From the IMG/VR virus record IMGVR_UViG_3300032289_001255, positions 1-64,000 of that record: DNA of 64,000 nucleotides; one strand, 5' to 3'. The stretch is from a virus. Lineage: Duplodnaviria; Caudoviricetes. Shown one piece after another: positions 28,018-38,291 of the stretch. The position numbers were made by a program, and so were the translations under genes. Numbering within the stretch: the first letter of the stretch is position 1; each line of letters opens with the position of its first letter. Below the pieces are notes generated by a model. The model did no database searches and had not been told where the DNA came from. It was given only the letters and a program-made list of their open reading frames with translations.

Positions 28018-28285
28018 TTGTCTTTATTACGTGATTACTACCATAAGAGAATATAATTTCATTGTCGGTAGTTTTTGTACTAAAATAGGTTATTAAATCG
28101 GAGGCATGCGATGATACGAAGTTGATATATAACGTATTACATTCTTCTTGCTTCTGATTTTTTCTTTGTTTCTGACAGTTGCAGATTTTATTTAATCCGG
28201 TTAGACAGTCTTTTAATCTATCTATTGAAACAATATGATCAGATCCTACTAAATTAATAAGTGCTTGATAATTTCCTATATTCAT
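28004..28285 (-). CDS. Hypothetical protein, last gene of the minus-strand operon
   Basis: ATG 28285 overlaps the upstream TGA; contains a CxC motif. Confidence 0.55.
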   Translation of the reverse strand: MNIGNYQALINLVGSDHIVSIDRLKDCLTGLNKICNCQKQRKNQKQEECNTLYINFVSSHASDLITYFSTKTTDNEIIFSYGSNHVIKTIKLR

Positions 28286-28659
28286 AACAGTTTCCTTATA
28301 ATTAAATAAATAGTTAAAGAGCAAATATAGTTAATTGGCAACATTAAAAAAGAAAACCATTGTTGATATCCAAATAATAATGTTAGTATGTTTACCCCAA
28401 TCAAAGTCGTCCAAAAACACAAACATATCGGACAACTAAGTAATTTAGTTAAATAACTTGGGTAGTTTTCATATAAAAAGTTGGGATAAGTAGACATAAC
28501 ATCTACTTCTAATTTGTATTTCTCAAACTCTGGTATTTTTAATAAATTACGCAGGTTGGTTAGTTTTGAGATGGTTTGAACTATATCACTGTCAAACCAA
28601 ACTACCATTATAAACGTGGTATAAAATATAAGCGGTATATTAAAATCTGTTAGATTCAT
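28282..28659 (-). CDS. Membrane protein, DUF1360-like
   Basis: Several hydrophobic segments and 'LLSCPICLCFW'; start ATG 28659 by ATGA coupling. Confidence 0.55.
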   Translation of the reverse strand: MNLTDFNIPLIFYTTFIMVVWFDSDIVQTISKLTNLRNLLKIPEFEKYKLEVDVMSTYPNFLYENYPSYLTKLLSCPICLCFWTTLIGVNILTLLFGYQQWFSFLMLPINYICSLTIYLIIRKLL

Positions 28660-29861
28660 TTTGTTAATTGATTTTTGTACCAATCTTCGTTGAGATCGAT
28701 TAAACTTTTACTGTACGTATTTAAATTATTTATCTTTACTTTAAAGATGTCATATTCTAATTCACCTACAACACCACTGTCTTCTAGTATTAATTGCAAC
28801 ATATTAAAGAATTCAAAACTTTGATTTGTTAATTTAATAGCGTCAAATTCAATAATAATATCATTTGTTTTTCGATCTTCGTATCTCTTTAATTTTTTAC
28901 TGAGATCAAATTTAGTATTTTTTTGTTCGGCTTGAATATAACGTTCATATGGAACATCTGTATAGATGGCATCACACCATGGTTCTAATAGTGCTAACTT
29001 GTATTCGTCACAATTTCTAACCACAAATCCCACGTTATATCTATTTGGAACAATTGGTTTCATCGTGTCATTGTGTTTAACAAAATGTCCCCATTTACGA
29101 ATAAAGTTTCTGGCACTACGGTTGTTTTGCGCTAACCATTCGTCGCTTTCTTTACCTACTGTGGTCAATGTAGGATTGTATCTACTGCCTCTACAGGTCA
29201 TATGATATACACAACCTTCCCATGTTTGTACAAACTTATAACCTTTTAATAGAAAACGGTTGAATATATCGCTGTCTTCTTTGCTTTGAGGAGCATATAG
29301 ATCGTCATGACCTCCAATAGATTGAAAATCGCTCTTATAAAGGGCCCATGGCGCAAAGATTCCTTCTGTGGTTTTATCTTTTCTGGTCAAACGGGTATCA
29401 TTGAACCATTTCAATAAAGCAGCTTCATTAAACTCTTCTGGCTCGGTACCAAATGCTTGTACGATCTTTTCTGGACCGGGAGGATGTAGAGGTGGTTCAA
29501 TGCGAGTTAGACTGACGATTGTGCCTGGTTGAATATATTTTTCTACATATTTATCGAAGTTAGGACATGCGTACATATCAGCGTGGTAGATCATTACCAC
29601 ATCGTTAGTAGCTACTTCATTTATAAGACGATCATATAGAATTGTGTGACCCAATCTGGTTGGACCTTCGTTACGGATAAATTTGAAGTGTGGATCTTTT
29701 TCGGCTGTTTCTTTACACCATTCCAATGTACCGTCATTACTAAAGTCGTCTGCAACACAGATTTCATGTTCTTTATGACTTAAATTTTTACGAATAGCTT
29801 CGTAACTCCATTTAAGATATTTTAGGTTATTTCTGCTTGGTTGAATAAAACTTATTTTCAT
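28656..29861 (-). CDS. Glycosyltransferase, GT-A fold (GT2-like)
   Basis: 'ISFIQPSRN', 'VADDFSNDGT', 'IYHADM', 'IGGHDD...EDSDIF', 'VYH'. Confidence 0.85.
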   Translation of the reverse strand: MKISFIQPSRNNLKYLKWSYEAIRKNLSHKEHEICVADDFSNDGTLEWCKETAEKDPHFKFIRNEGPTRLGHTILYDRLINEVATNDVVMIYHADMYACPNFDKYVEKYIQPGTIVSLTRIEPPLHPPGPEKIVQAFGTEPEEFNEAALLKWFNDTRLTRKDKTTEGIFAPWALYKSDFQSIGGHDDLYAPQSKEDSDIFNRFLLKGYKFVQTWEGCVYHMTCRGSRYNPTLTTVGKESDEWLAQNNRSARNFIRKWGHFVKHNDTMKPIVPNRYNVGFVVRNCDEYKLALLEPWCDAIYTDVPYERYIQAEQKNTKFDLSKKLKRYEDRKTNDIIIEFDAIKLTNQSFEFFNMLQLILEDSGVVGELEYDIFKVKINNLNTYSKSLIDLNEDWYKNQLTK

Positions 29862-29862
29862 A

Positions 29863-30786
29863 CTATTTAAATATTGACTGTATGGTACCTAACAGTTTAT
29901 TATAATTGCGTCCTCCGTTTTTTTTCCAATCTTCAATGTTGTCGTATACCGGATGTACCTTTGCATTAGATAATTTGTTAATATAACTATCTGGATACTC
30001 CAAATACATAGGTCTTAATTCTTTACCTTTATTTACATATTTAACAACGGGTTTATCAAAATAAGCACAAAGAATGCCTCCGCCACCATTCATTGTAATA
30101 AAACCATCTGATTCGGAGAATAGTTTTAACTGCAATGTATTATAATCTAGATTATATTGTTTCTGTAAATCATTTAAATTTAAAACTTTGTTATTAAAGT
30201 ATTTACATAAATCAAAATCTGTAATTGTCCCTAGATTTTCTATATTTGATATTAATGATAATTTATTCTCCAGTGTAATTTGTTCATTAGAATCTAATAC
30301 AAATTCGTCGTTGACAGGCCTTTTATAAATAACGGTATAACCTTTGTCCGTCAAATAAGAAAACATTTCAGATAGATTTTGAATATCAAAGTATCTATAA
30401 GGTCTAAACCCATCAGGACCAGGCTCAAAGTTACATATATTATTAACAACTACATATGGTTTTAAGTCATCAAATAGATTATTTTTATAATACTCTCTAT
30501 ATGACGGAGCAATCCATTCACTGTAATCTATAACACCGTTTCTTCTACCTCCAGCGTCTGAATTGTGAATCCATTTATTGGGTACATCTTTTAATGCGAT
30601 GGAATTATCTAATGTACGTTCATTGAATGATTCTACTACATTATCACAAAAGTAATAAAAGGGTTTCATTCCTTTTGAAGTAACTACCTTTTCCAATAAA
30701 TTATTTTTATGTAAATAATATGCGTAAGGTACACAGAGAACTATTTCGGATGCAAATTCTGGATTTACTTCAATCGTTTTTTTCAT
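29863..30786 (-). CDS. Hypothetical glycan-related protein (possibly GT-B-like)
   Basis: 307 aa within the island; 'KLFSESDGFITMNGGGGILCAYFDKP' resembles GT9-like C-terminal motifs. Confidence 0.45.
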   Translation of the reverse strand: MKKTIEVNPEFASEIVLCVPYAYYLHKNNLLEKVVTSKGMKPFYYFCDNVVESFNERTLDNSIALKDVPNKWIHNSDAGGRRNGVIDYSEWIAPSYREYYKNNLFDDLKPYVVVNNICNFEPGPDGFRPYRYFDIQNLSEMFSYLTDKGYTVIYKRPVNDEFVLDSNEQITLENKLSLISNIENLGTITDFDLCKYFNNKVLNLNDLQKQYNLDYNTLQLKLFSESDGFITMNGGGGILCAYFDKPVVKYVNKGKELRPMYLEYPDSYINKLSNAKVHPVYDNIEDWKKNGGRNYNKLLGTIQSIFK

Positions 30787-31213
30787 TTTCTATGATTTGT
30801 TTATATTGTTTATCTATTTTATTTTTACACAATGCTCTGGTTTCATTTGCTTTTCTTAATATTTTATGATTTAATTTGAATTTATCAACCGATGGATTAT
30901 CAGATAAAGCCTCAGTTAAATTTTGTTTATCTGCCTGACCAGTAGTTATATTACTTTTAATGAGTTCTTCCACAGTTTCTATAATAGCATTATACTTATA
31001 TGTTCTTTTTTCTTCTATATAATCATAATGTTTTGATTCATATGTTTTAATTAATATTTCACTTATTTTATTTTTTATTTCGTTTATGATCTCGTTCTGA
31101 TGAATAACATTTTCAGAAAGATTATCTTTTGTAAAAAAATAAAGTTTTATGTTTTCTACAATCAGTCTATCAAGCAATACAGATAATGTATTTATGTTTG
31201 TTATATATTTCAT
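30770..31213 (-). CDS. Helical hypothetical protein (DUF4254-like, tentative)
   Basis: 'SVLLDRLIVENIKLY' and coiled-coil character. Confidence 0.4.
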   Translation of the reverse strand: MKYITNINTLSVLLDRLIVENIKLYFFTKDNLSENVIHQNEIINEIKNKISEILIKTYESKHYDYIEEKRTYKYNAIIETVEELIKSNITTGQADKQNLTEALSDNPSVDKFKLNHKILRKANETRALCKNKIDKQYKQIIENEKND

Positions 31214-32415
31214 ATTAACCCCCGTTCTATAGTAATTTCAGGAAAGTATCTCAGATATAAATCGTTTGTATTATCTCTTACTTTTACTATTCCAGCCTTT
31301 ATTTCATCGAAGAAATTCCAAGCTAGTGGTATAAATAAAATCTTGTCATAATCTTTATATTTGTTCAATATATCAATTGAAGTAATTTCTATGTTTGTAC
31401 CCGGTGTATATAACCCTTGTTTTAATTTATTATCGTCTATTATACAATCTAATTTTACATCTGCAAAGTTCAAGAATGTATTTCCCTTGGCAGCTGCGCC
31501 GTATCCTATGATTTTGTATCCATTTGTACGATGATCTGTGATAACCTTCTTGAATTCGTTTACAATACCATTTACGTTAGATTCGTATTGTTGATAAATC
31601 TTATTGTTTAAGAGTCCGTATGATCTCTCCAATTCAATCAAATTATTAATTAGAAATGGTCTTTTATTTAATTTAGATAACACAAACAAATAACTCGTAC
31701 CATGTACTGGAGTTTTTATTACATCTACCAGATGAAACTTGGTTCGTTTGACCAATTCATTAAATGAGTTAATGTTGAAAAATGAAATGTGTTCGTGGTA
31801 AATGGTATCAAACTGATTATGTTTTATCATTTCCGCTTGAGACGTTTGGATAAACAAATATGATTGATCATGCATCAATTCATAACAATCATCGAGAAAT
31901 TTCTTAGCATTTTCATTGTGTGCAAATACATTTTGCCCAACAACTATATCAAATTCTCTTCCATCGAAATGTTTTTTGTCAAAGTAATCACATACAACAT
32001 TGTGATTTTTACTACTGATATGATGTAGATTTTGCGCGGGATCTATGCCGTATGTCTTGTACTCTAACTTTTTAAAACTATTTAACTGAGATCCGTCATT
32101 ACATGCAATTTCTAATATGGTTTCGGAATCGGGACTATATTCTTTTACATAAGAAGCGAACCAATCAAAATAACTTAGTAACGTCTTTGTGGTACCACTT
32201 ACGTAAAGATAGTTTTTAAACAAAAGATCGGGATTTACTATATGAGACAATTGCAAGTGATAACAGTTATTACAAAGATTAAGCTTAAGAGGAAACTTAT
32301 CTAACCTTTCATCTGTAGCGTGATATGAGTTAGCTAACGGTTGGTCCTTAAGATCCAAAACTTGAATTAAATTGACAGAATTACAACATATGCAGTTTAA
32401 TTTTTCTTTATACAT
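31210..32415 (-). CDS. NDP-hexose C-methyltransferase (Zn-binding + SAM + C-terminal domain)
   Basis: 'CICC', 'QPLANSY', 'LCNNCYHLQL', 'LEIACNDG', 'DTIYHEH', 'GYGAAAKGNT'. Confidence 0.88.
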   Translation of the reverse strand: MYKEKLNCICCNSVNLIQVLDLKDQPLANSYHATDERLDKFPLKLNLCNNCYHLQLSHIVNPDLLFKNYLYVSGTTKTLLSYFDWFASYVKEYSPDSETILEIACNDGSQLNSFKKLEYKTYGIDPAQNLHHISSKNHNVVCDYFDKKHFDGREFDIVVGQNVFAHNENAKKFLDDCYELMHDQSYLFIQTSQAEMIKHNQFDTIYHEHISFFNINSFNELVKRTKFHLVDVIKTPVHGTSYLFVLSKLNKRPFLINNLIELERSYGLLNNKIYQQYESNVNGIVNEFKKVITDHRTNGYKIIGYGAAAKGNTFLNFADVKLDCIIDDNKLKQGLYTPGTNIEITSIDILNKYKDYDKILFIPLAWNFFDEIKAGIVKVRDNTNDLYLRYFPEITIERGLI

Positions 32416-33310
32416 AACAACTTGGCAGATTGGTTCTATTTGATTTTATTTTAATTTGATCTAGATTATCAATCAAGTTTCTATATATAGAATCTACGGT
32501 ATCTACAAATTTAAATTTAAATTCTGATTCGAATTTCTCGTTTGTTACCGTAAAACTATAACTGGTTGACAAACTATCATTAACAACTAACTCACATCCG
32601 TTAATAGATTGGATTTTTTTAGCAAGTTCGACTATAGAATATGAACATGAAATTATATTATAAACGTCGGATTTAATATTTTTTGTAACAACAATTTTTT
32701 CTATTGCATTACACAAGTCGTCTATACCGAGTAAAGATCTACGAATATTTCCATTAGATACAAAGATTTTATTTTGTTCCAAACTACTTAGAGTCATCGC
32801 GTTAATAACTAAATCTGTTCTCAAATTAGGAGAATAACCATTTACAGTACCAAATCTAAGACCTACACATCGTTTGTTAATGGATAAATTTGTTATATAG
32901 TCCAATGCTTGTTTTGAAAAATCGTAATTGTTTAGAGGTGATTCTAATTTATCGTTCTCATTTAATACCTTGTTTCCATTTCCATATACACTACAACTGG
33001 ATGCATATATTAATACTTGTTCCGAATTCAACTTTTCTACTAAATTACTAAAATACGTAACGTTATTTTTTACGGTTTTATATAGATCTTTACACATACC
33101 TACACTAGAGAATCCTGCGAGTAATATGACATGTGTGTATTTTTCCAAGTCTTGTTTGGTCAAATCGTCATAATTTTTAACGATTGTTTCGTCGTAAATC
33201 TTTCCGTACCAACATAAATCTAAGTTATCTACGTTGTAATTTTTCTTTTTCAACTGGTTATAGAGTCTGGATCCGATGTAACCGTTGCCGCCGATTAATA
33301 ATATTTTCAT
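32408..33310 (-). CDS. NAD-dependent epimerase/dehydratase (extended SDR)
   Basis: 'IGGNGYIG', 'YASSCSVYG', 'YDFSK' (YxxxK), 'LRFGTVNG'. Confidence 0.9.
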   Translation of the reverse strand: MKILLIGGNGYIGSRLYNQLKKKNYNVDNLDLCWYGKIYDETIVKNYDDLTKQDLEKYTHVILLAGFSSVGMCKDLYKTVKNNVTYFSNLVEKLNSEQVLIYASSCSVYGNGNKVLNENDKLESPLNNYDFSKQALDYITNLSINKRCVGLRFGTVNGYSPNLRTDLVINAMTLSSLEQNKIFVSNGNIRRSLLGIDDLCNAIEKIVVTKNIKSDVYNIISCSYSIVELAKKIQSINGCELVVNDSLSTSYSFTVTNEKFESEFKFKFVDTVDSIYRNLIDNLDQIKIKSNRTNLPSCYV

Positions 33311-33313
33311 GAT

Positions 33314-34072
33314 TTATGAATATAACTGTTTGTACGTTCTTTCCATCCAATAAGAAACATGTCTGTCATTCTGTGGTATTGCGTTGAAATGATATATCCA
33401 TCCGCAGTTTATAAAATGTAAATCATCACTAAACCAGCTATGACCTGGTATATGTAAAAGATTTTTTCGGAATAGATCTTGTAAATTATAACACTCGGGT
33501 AGATAATTAATGTCTATTTTATTTGCTTGTAGTATATAGTTTATTATTGTTTGATCTGTACCCGCCTTTATTTCTGATGTTAAACGATTGATTTCGTTAA
33601 TATTATCAGTGTAAAAGTTTTTTATGGTATCGTAAATAGATTTTGTAGACTTTCCTCCGATTATAAATCCTCCATTTATATACTTCCAAGGATACACATC
33701 GGATTGATTTGGAAAAATAGACTTCCATCCTTTAATGCTTCTACAAGTCCATTCATAACACCCATTATTTAATACTGCTGAAAATTTATTGTTGGTTTCA
33801 TTAAAAAAGTTAGGACAGTTAGGATGTACAATTGTATCAGCATCTACCATCAAAACTTGATCGTAATCTATATTATTATATTCCAAAATATCGTGTACCC
33901 ACCATCTCTGTAGTGTGATTTTGACCTTACTAGGATCCATAATTGGGTCCGTCCATTCAATCAACTTGACATCGTTTTTATCACACCAATGTTTCCAACT
34001 TTTGACACTATAATGATATGGATTGCTTCTTCCATTTTTCAAATCTATATTAGGAATGAATACAACATTCAT
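33314..34072 (-). CDS. GT-A nucleotide-diphospho-sugar transferase (GT8-like)
   Basis: 'SWKHWCDKN', 'VDADTIV' (DxD), 'YINGGF', 'DQTIINY', 'HFN'. Confidence 0.75.
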   Translation of the reverse strand: MNVVFIPNIDLKNGRSNPYHYSVKSWKHWCDKNDVKLIEWTDPIMDPSKVKITLQRWWVHDILEYNNIDYDQVLMVDADTIVHPNCPNFFNETNNKFSAVLNNGCYEWTCRSIKGWKSIFPNQSDVYPWKYINGGFIIGGKSTKSIYDTIKNFYTDNINEINRLTSEIKAGTDQTIINYILQANKIDINYLPECYNLQDLFRKNLLHIPGHSWFSDDLHFINCGWIYHFNAIPQNDRHVSYWMERTYKQLYS

Positions 34073-34073
34073 A

Positions 34074-34922
34074 TTACTTACTATCTGTGACTGCGGACTT
34101 TGACTTTTCCCAGTCTTTATTTTTTCTAACTGATAAATTTCGATTCCAAGCTGCCTTTAATATAACGGGGTCAATATCAAATTTTTCAAATGTTTCTATA
34201 AAAGCGTTAATATCTTTTGGAAAACATGTGCCGCCAAATCCAAAATCATTATCGTGACCTGGTACTTGATAGTGACTTATACCAATTCTGCCATCGGACA
34301 TAACACCACCTAATATTTTATCCCAAGATAGATTTAATTTATCAGATAACAAAAACATTTCATTGAAGAATGATACTTTAGTTGCAAAGAAACAATTTGC
34401 AAAGTACTTTACAAATTCTGATTCTTTACTTTTCATTACATGACATGGAACTCCTGGGAATCTTTCTTCATATAACTTTTTAATGGTTAATGTTCCATTT
34501 ACTTCTTCTCCGCCAACTATATTTCTACTAGGTGTAATAAAATCAATAGCAGCAGATCTTGCAGTCAAAAATTCGGGAGAATGAATGATTTTTAGTGAAT
34601 TGAACTTTTCACAAAGATAATCTGTGGTACCAATCGGAACGGTTGATTTAATCACAAATATTGTTTGTGGATTATAAGTGTGGGTTATTACGGTATTAAA
34701 GAAATCAACAATATAAGAAGTATCCGATCCTAATGTATCTTTAAACATTGGAGTTGGTAAACAAACAAATACAATATCTTGTATTATAGTCTCGTCAAAT
34801 GAATGTGTAGATTTTGCACTATTTACATCATAGATTTTAACATCATGATAGTGATTTAAACCTCTGCAAATAGCACTTCCGACAAAGCCATTACCAACAA
34901 TTCCGATTTTAAATTTTTGCAT
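34074..34922 (-). CDS. UDP-glucose/GDP-mannose dehydrogenase family protein (short form)
   Basis: 'GIVGNGFVG', 'VCLPTP', 'KSTVPIGT', 'SPEFL', 'KYFAN', 'GFGGTCFPKD'. Confidence 0.88.
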   Translation of the reverse strand: MQKFKIGIVGNGFVGSAICRGLNHYHDVKIYDVNSAKSTHSFDETIIQDIVFVCLPTPMFKDTLGSDTSYIVDFFNTVITHTYNPQTIFVIKSTVPIGTTDYLCEKFNSLKIIHSPEFLTARSAAIDFITPSRNIVGGEEVNGTLTIKKLYEERFPGVPCHVMKSKESEFVKYFANCFFATKVSFFNEMFLLSDKLNLSWDKILGGVMSDGRIGISHYQVPGHDNDFGFGGTCFPKDINAFIETFEKFDIDPVILKAAWNRNLSVRKNKDWEKSKSAVTDSK

Positions 34923-35859
34923 AAATATTGTTCCAATTTTGTAACCATTTTTCTTCTGTATAATACATTAGATAATTATCTTTTGCGGTATCTGAACAGT
35001 AATTATAAAACTCTTTGTCGTCTCTTAATCTTATTGATAGTTGATTTGCTTTTTCTATATCGCCTATGTTGACACTTAGTTCTGGATGCAATGTCTCTTG
35101 TGTGTCTAATCCTGTATATCCTATACATGGTATACCCAAATAAGCACAGTTAAGAGCAAATGTACCCGCCGCATGTGTACGCATTAAGTGTATGCCCACA
35201 TTAAAATTGGCAAGTGTTTTAATCCACTCAGTCCACATCGTGTATGGTAAATGATGTAAGTTGGGAAATTGTTCTTCGTTTTCAATTTTTCTTCCCATGC
35301 TAGGGATGAAAGTTGGCTTGTTGAAGTTTTGTGCTACAAAGTAACTGTCTACACCACCATACCAACTACAGAAGTTTCCGCCTATAATAGGCATACCATT
35401 ATTTTCACGGAGTATATTTTTAACGGTATCTTCTATCATCAAAGACTGTAAATTAAATGTGGGTTTCTTAAATATACCTTTGAAGTATGAAATATCACTC
35501 TTGTTATGAGTTAATAGAAAGTCCATTGAACTTAGAAAATTAATATAATTAACTTGATTTGTATAATTATAATCTTGATAATACCAAGCCGGACCTTCTT
35601 GCATCACTGTTACTTTTTTGCCAATAGCTTTGACTAGATCTAACAATCGGACAATATCAAAGTTTTCTAACTTTTTTGGTAATATTACAATAACAACGTC
35701 ATATTGGGAAACTGCTTTAGCCGGTTTACTCAGAAGATACTGAATAGGAAAATGATCCGCGTCTAATGCAAGTTGCCACGAAAATTCTGTACGGCAGTTT
35801 TCGAAGTCTCTGGGTAGTTTGCCAGAATGACCATTCTGACTAACAAAACAAATTTTCAT
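34909..35859 (-). CDS. Glycosyltransferase, GT-B-like
   Basis: 'HLMRTHAAGTFALNCAYLGIPCIG' donor-binding-type segment. Confidence 0.65.
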   Translation of the reverse strand: MKICFVSQNGHSGKLPRDFENCRTEFSWQLALDADHFPIQYLLSKPAKAVSQYDVVIVILPKKLENFDIVRLLDLVKAIGKKVTVMQEGPAWYYQDYNYTNQVNYINFLSSMDFLLTHNKSDISYFKGIFKKPTFNLQSLMIEDTVKNILRENNGMPIIGGNFCSWYGGVDSYFVAQNFNKPTFIPSMGRKIENEEQFPNLHHLPYTMWTEWIKTLANFNVGIHLMRTHAAGTFALNCAYLGIPCIGYTGLDTQETLHPELSVNIGDIEKANQLSIRLRDDKEFYNYCSDTAKDNYLMYYTEEKWLQNWNNIYAKI

Positions 35860-36842
35860 AATCTTTTTTTGAAATCTTCGTAAGTGTAAAAGTTTCCTGT
35901 GTTATTAAATAAACTATTTAAATTGTGTTGTGACATTTCTTTAAAAATCTTCCACCAATCTCCTTTTTCTTTTCCACAAAATCCTCTTGGATTATTTTCA
36001 TTCGCAATATACATACGTTTATTTGGATGTCTTCTAACGTGTACCTTTAAAATATTTTTGAATATAATTTGTACGTATTTATCCCCTAGTATTTTTTGTG
36101 CCATCATTGATAAACTTTCATCATCATTATGAATAAAGCAAGGCGGTATATTAACACCACTTTTAATTAAATTACTACTCAATACCAAACAAGAACCATC
36201 TATTTTTGGATAATTTATCGTTTGTATATCAAGTTCTTTGATCTCTGAATTGATAATATTCATTTGATCTATGGTCATAAGTGACTTTGCTTGATTAATG
36301 TTATCAACGTCTTTGTCATCATATATATGATTTATGAATTTAGGATGTACTGTTACGTCCCAACTACTATCCCACATTTTTCGATCCGCAAAACATGCTA
36401 TAAATCTGTATATTCCTTGCGATCTTATAACAGGAGTCAGAGTTTCCAATCCAATTATTGCTTCTTTTGGAAGCAAACTATCTGTTTCTCCCCATATTAA
36501 ATAATCAGCTTTCTCACAATATTTTGTATTGAATTCTCTACGATAATTGGTCTGAGTATAGAATTCATTATCATTATCTATAATTTTGTAATGTAAGTTA
36601 GGCAATTCTTTTATTCTAACCAGTTCATTCTCAAATCTATCAACCAGATCATCTTTTGTCGTTTTAGATGTATCTATTTTTTCGAAAAACTGGGATGTAT
36701 TGAACACAAAATCCAAATATACGTTTTCTTTGTTGTCAACCGTGGACAAAAGATTTAACAATCCACTAATATAATCACTGAACATTTCAATTTCATAAAA
36801 CATCACGTGGATGCCAATTGCGTATTTATAATTTATATTCAT
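35856..36842 (-). CDS. Probable GT-A glycosyltransferase
   Basis: 'YLIWGETDSLLP' (DxD-like), 'DGSCLV', 'NDDES', 'KVHVRRHP'. Confidence 0.55.
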   Translation of the reverse strand: MNINYKYAIGIHVMFYEIEMFSDYISGLLNLLSTVDNKENVYLDFVFNTSQFFEKIDTSKTTKDDLVDRFENELVRIKELPNLHYKIIDNDNEFYTQTNYRREFNTKYCEKADYLIWGETDSLLPKEAIIGLETLTPVIRSQGIYRFIACFADRKMWDSSWDVTVHPKFINHIYDDKDVDNINQAKSLMTIDQMNIINSEIKELDIQTINYPKIDGSCLVLSSNLIKSGVNIPPCFIHNDDESLSMMAQKILGDKYVQIIFKNILKVHVRRHPNKRMYIANENNPRGFCGKEKGDWWKIFKEMSQHNLNSLFNNTGNFYTYEDFKKRL

Positions 36843-37501
36843 AAAAATGTAGAGGCAATTGACATCAAATCTGGATTTAATTCGAAATTAAAAATTTTGC
36901 CGAACTTTGAAAGATTGGAGTCAATTGGTAGCTCTTTTCTATTCATATCTATCATATTATATACATACGGTAATTTATTATATTCCCCATCGAAGAAAAA
37001 ATTCTGTGGAATAAATTTAAGATCTAATTTGTTAATCAAGTTTTGATAGTTCTCTTCTAAGAAATTTAGAATCTGATCGAAGATTTGTTCATGTGATTTG
37101 TTAATAACAAATACGCTTAAATCAAAGAATCTCGAAAAGTCTACTTTTTTATTATTAAACACGTGTTCTTGATATAATTCTATATTGGTTAACAAGTAAC
37201 TAAAATCAGAATCCCATTCTGCAAATGTGAGTTTATTGTCGCTTAAATCAAAAATATTCTCTGTATTCTTATTTACAAGCGTTGTGTCTCGTACTAAACA
37301 GATGTTGTCGAAACTCACATCACTATTTTTCAATAATTTGAATATATAGAAAATTTGATTTATTCTATCGAATGTTGGATTAACAATATCGGTTAAACAG
37401 ATCAATTTTAAACTGTGTAATTCACAATACTTTTTCCAAGAGTCATATGACAACTGATTTAGTTGTTTTCCGGATTGATATAGAATAACGAAATTATTCA
37501 T
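36839..37501 (-). CDS. GT8-like paralog with a degenerate DxD motif
   Basis: 'SWKKYCE' shared with neighbours; 'VRDTTLV' where paralogs have VDAD/VDAS. Confidence 0.55.
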   Translation of the reverse strand: MNNFVILYQSGKQLNQLSYDSWKKYCELHSLKLICLTDIVNPTFDRINQIFYIFKLLKNSDVSFDNICLVRDTTLVNKNTENIFDLSDNKLTFAEWDSDFSYLLTNIELYQEHVFNNKKVDFSRFFDLSVFVINKSHEQIFDQILNFLEENYQNLINKLDLKFIPQNFFFDGEYNKLPYVYNMIDMNRKELPIDSNLSKFGKIFNFELNPDLMSIASTFL

Positions 37502-38291
37502 AGTTTTGTTTTACTAAGTCCCATGTTTGTTTCATTAATTGGGTACGAGTGGCTCCTCTATCAGAGAATCCAGAAAATATCCAAACGTTTAAATATTTGA
37601 TAAAGAATGGTGTTTTATCATTTGTATAAGAATTGCCAGTTAATAAGTTACGTCTCCACAAGTGATTTACGCCGTGAGATATAGGAAACACTTTTGTATC
37701 TATTTTATTTATTTGTATAAAGTAGTTTAGGACTGGTTGATCTCGACCACGTTTTACCAATTTGTCTTCGTGATTTAATATAGATTCGTGGTTATCAAAG
37801 TAGAACTTTTTCAAATCATCAAACATCGGTTTATGATTTTTATTAAATAAAACAAAGCCAGCTAGAAAATGTTTGGTGTAATCAAATTCGAATCCGTTAA
37901 AAAGATCTTTATATCCGTTTATACTTTCGTATACCCACTTCATATTTTCGTTTCCCAATATTCCACATAACTTACTTTCGGATTCATTGAAGAAATTAGG
38001 AGCATCCCATTTTACCATGATAGATGCATCAACTGCTAATATTTGATCAAAATCTCCTACTTTGTTTTTAACAAAATCGAAAATATCTAACCAACGTTGC
38101 CAATTGATTTTGTATTTGAGTTGGTCATCATAGGTAGTAACATCATAGTGTACAAAAATAACATCGTTTTTCTTACACCAATATTGCCAAGATTTTTTGC
38201 TATATTCCATCCAAGAAAAATCGTCATAACGATACTTTTCTTTTACGACATCACTACCTTTTACTCCACACCAAAACAATACGTTTTTCAT
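37494..38291 (-). CDS. GT-A nucleotide-diphospho-sugar transferase (GT8-like)
   Basis: 'SWQYWCKKN', 'VDASIMV', 'DQPVLNY'; start ATG 38291 by ATGA coupling. Confidence 0.7.
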   Translation of the reverse strand: MKNVLFWCGVKGSDVVKEKYRYDDFSWMEYSKKSWQYWCKKNDVIFVHYDVTTYDDQLKYKINWQRWLDIFDFVKNKVGDFDQILAVDASIMVKWDAPNFFNESESKLCGILGNENMKWVYESINGYKDLFNGFEFDYTKHFLAGFVLFNKNHKPMFDDLKKFYFDNHESILNHEDKLVKRGRDQPVLNYFIQINKIDTKVFPISHGVNHLWRRNLLTGNSYTNDKTPFFIKYLNVWIFSGFSDRGATRTQLMKQTWDLVKQNYE

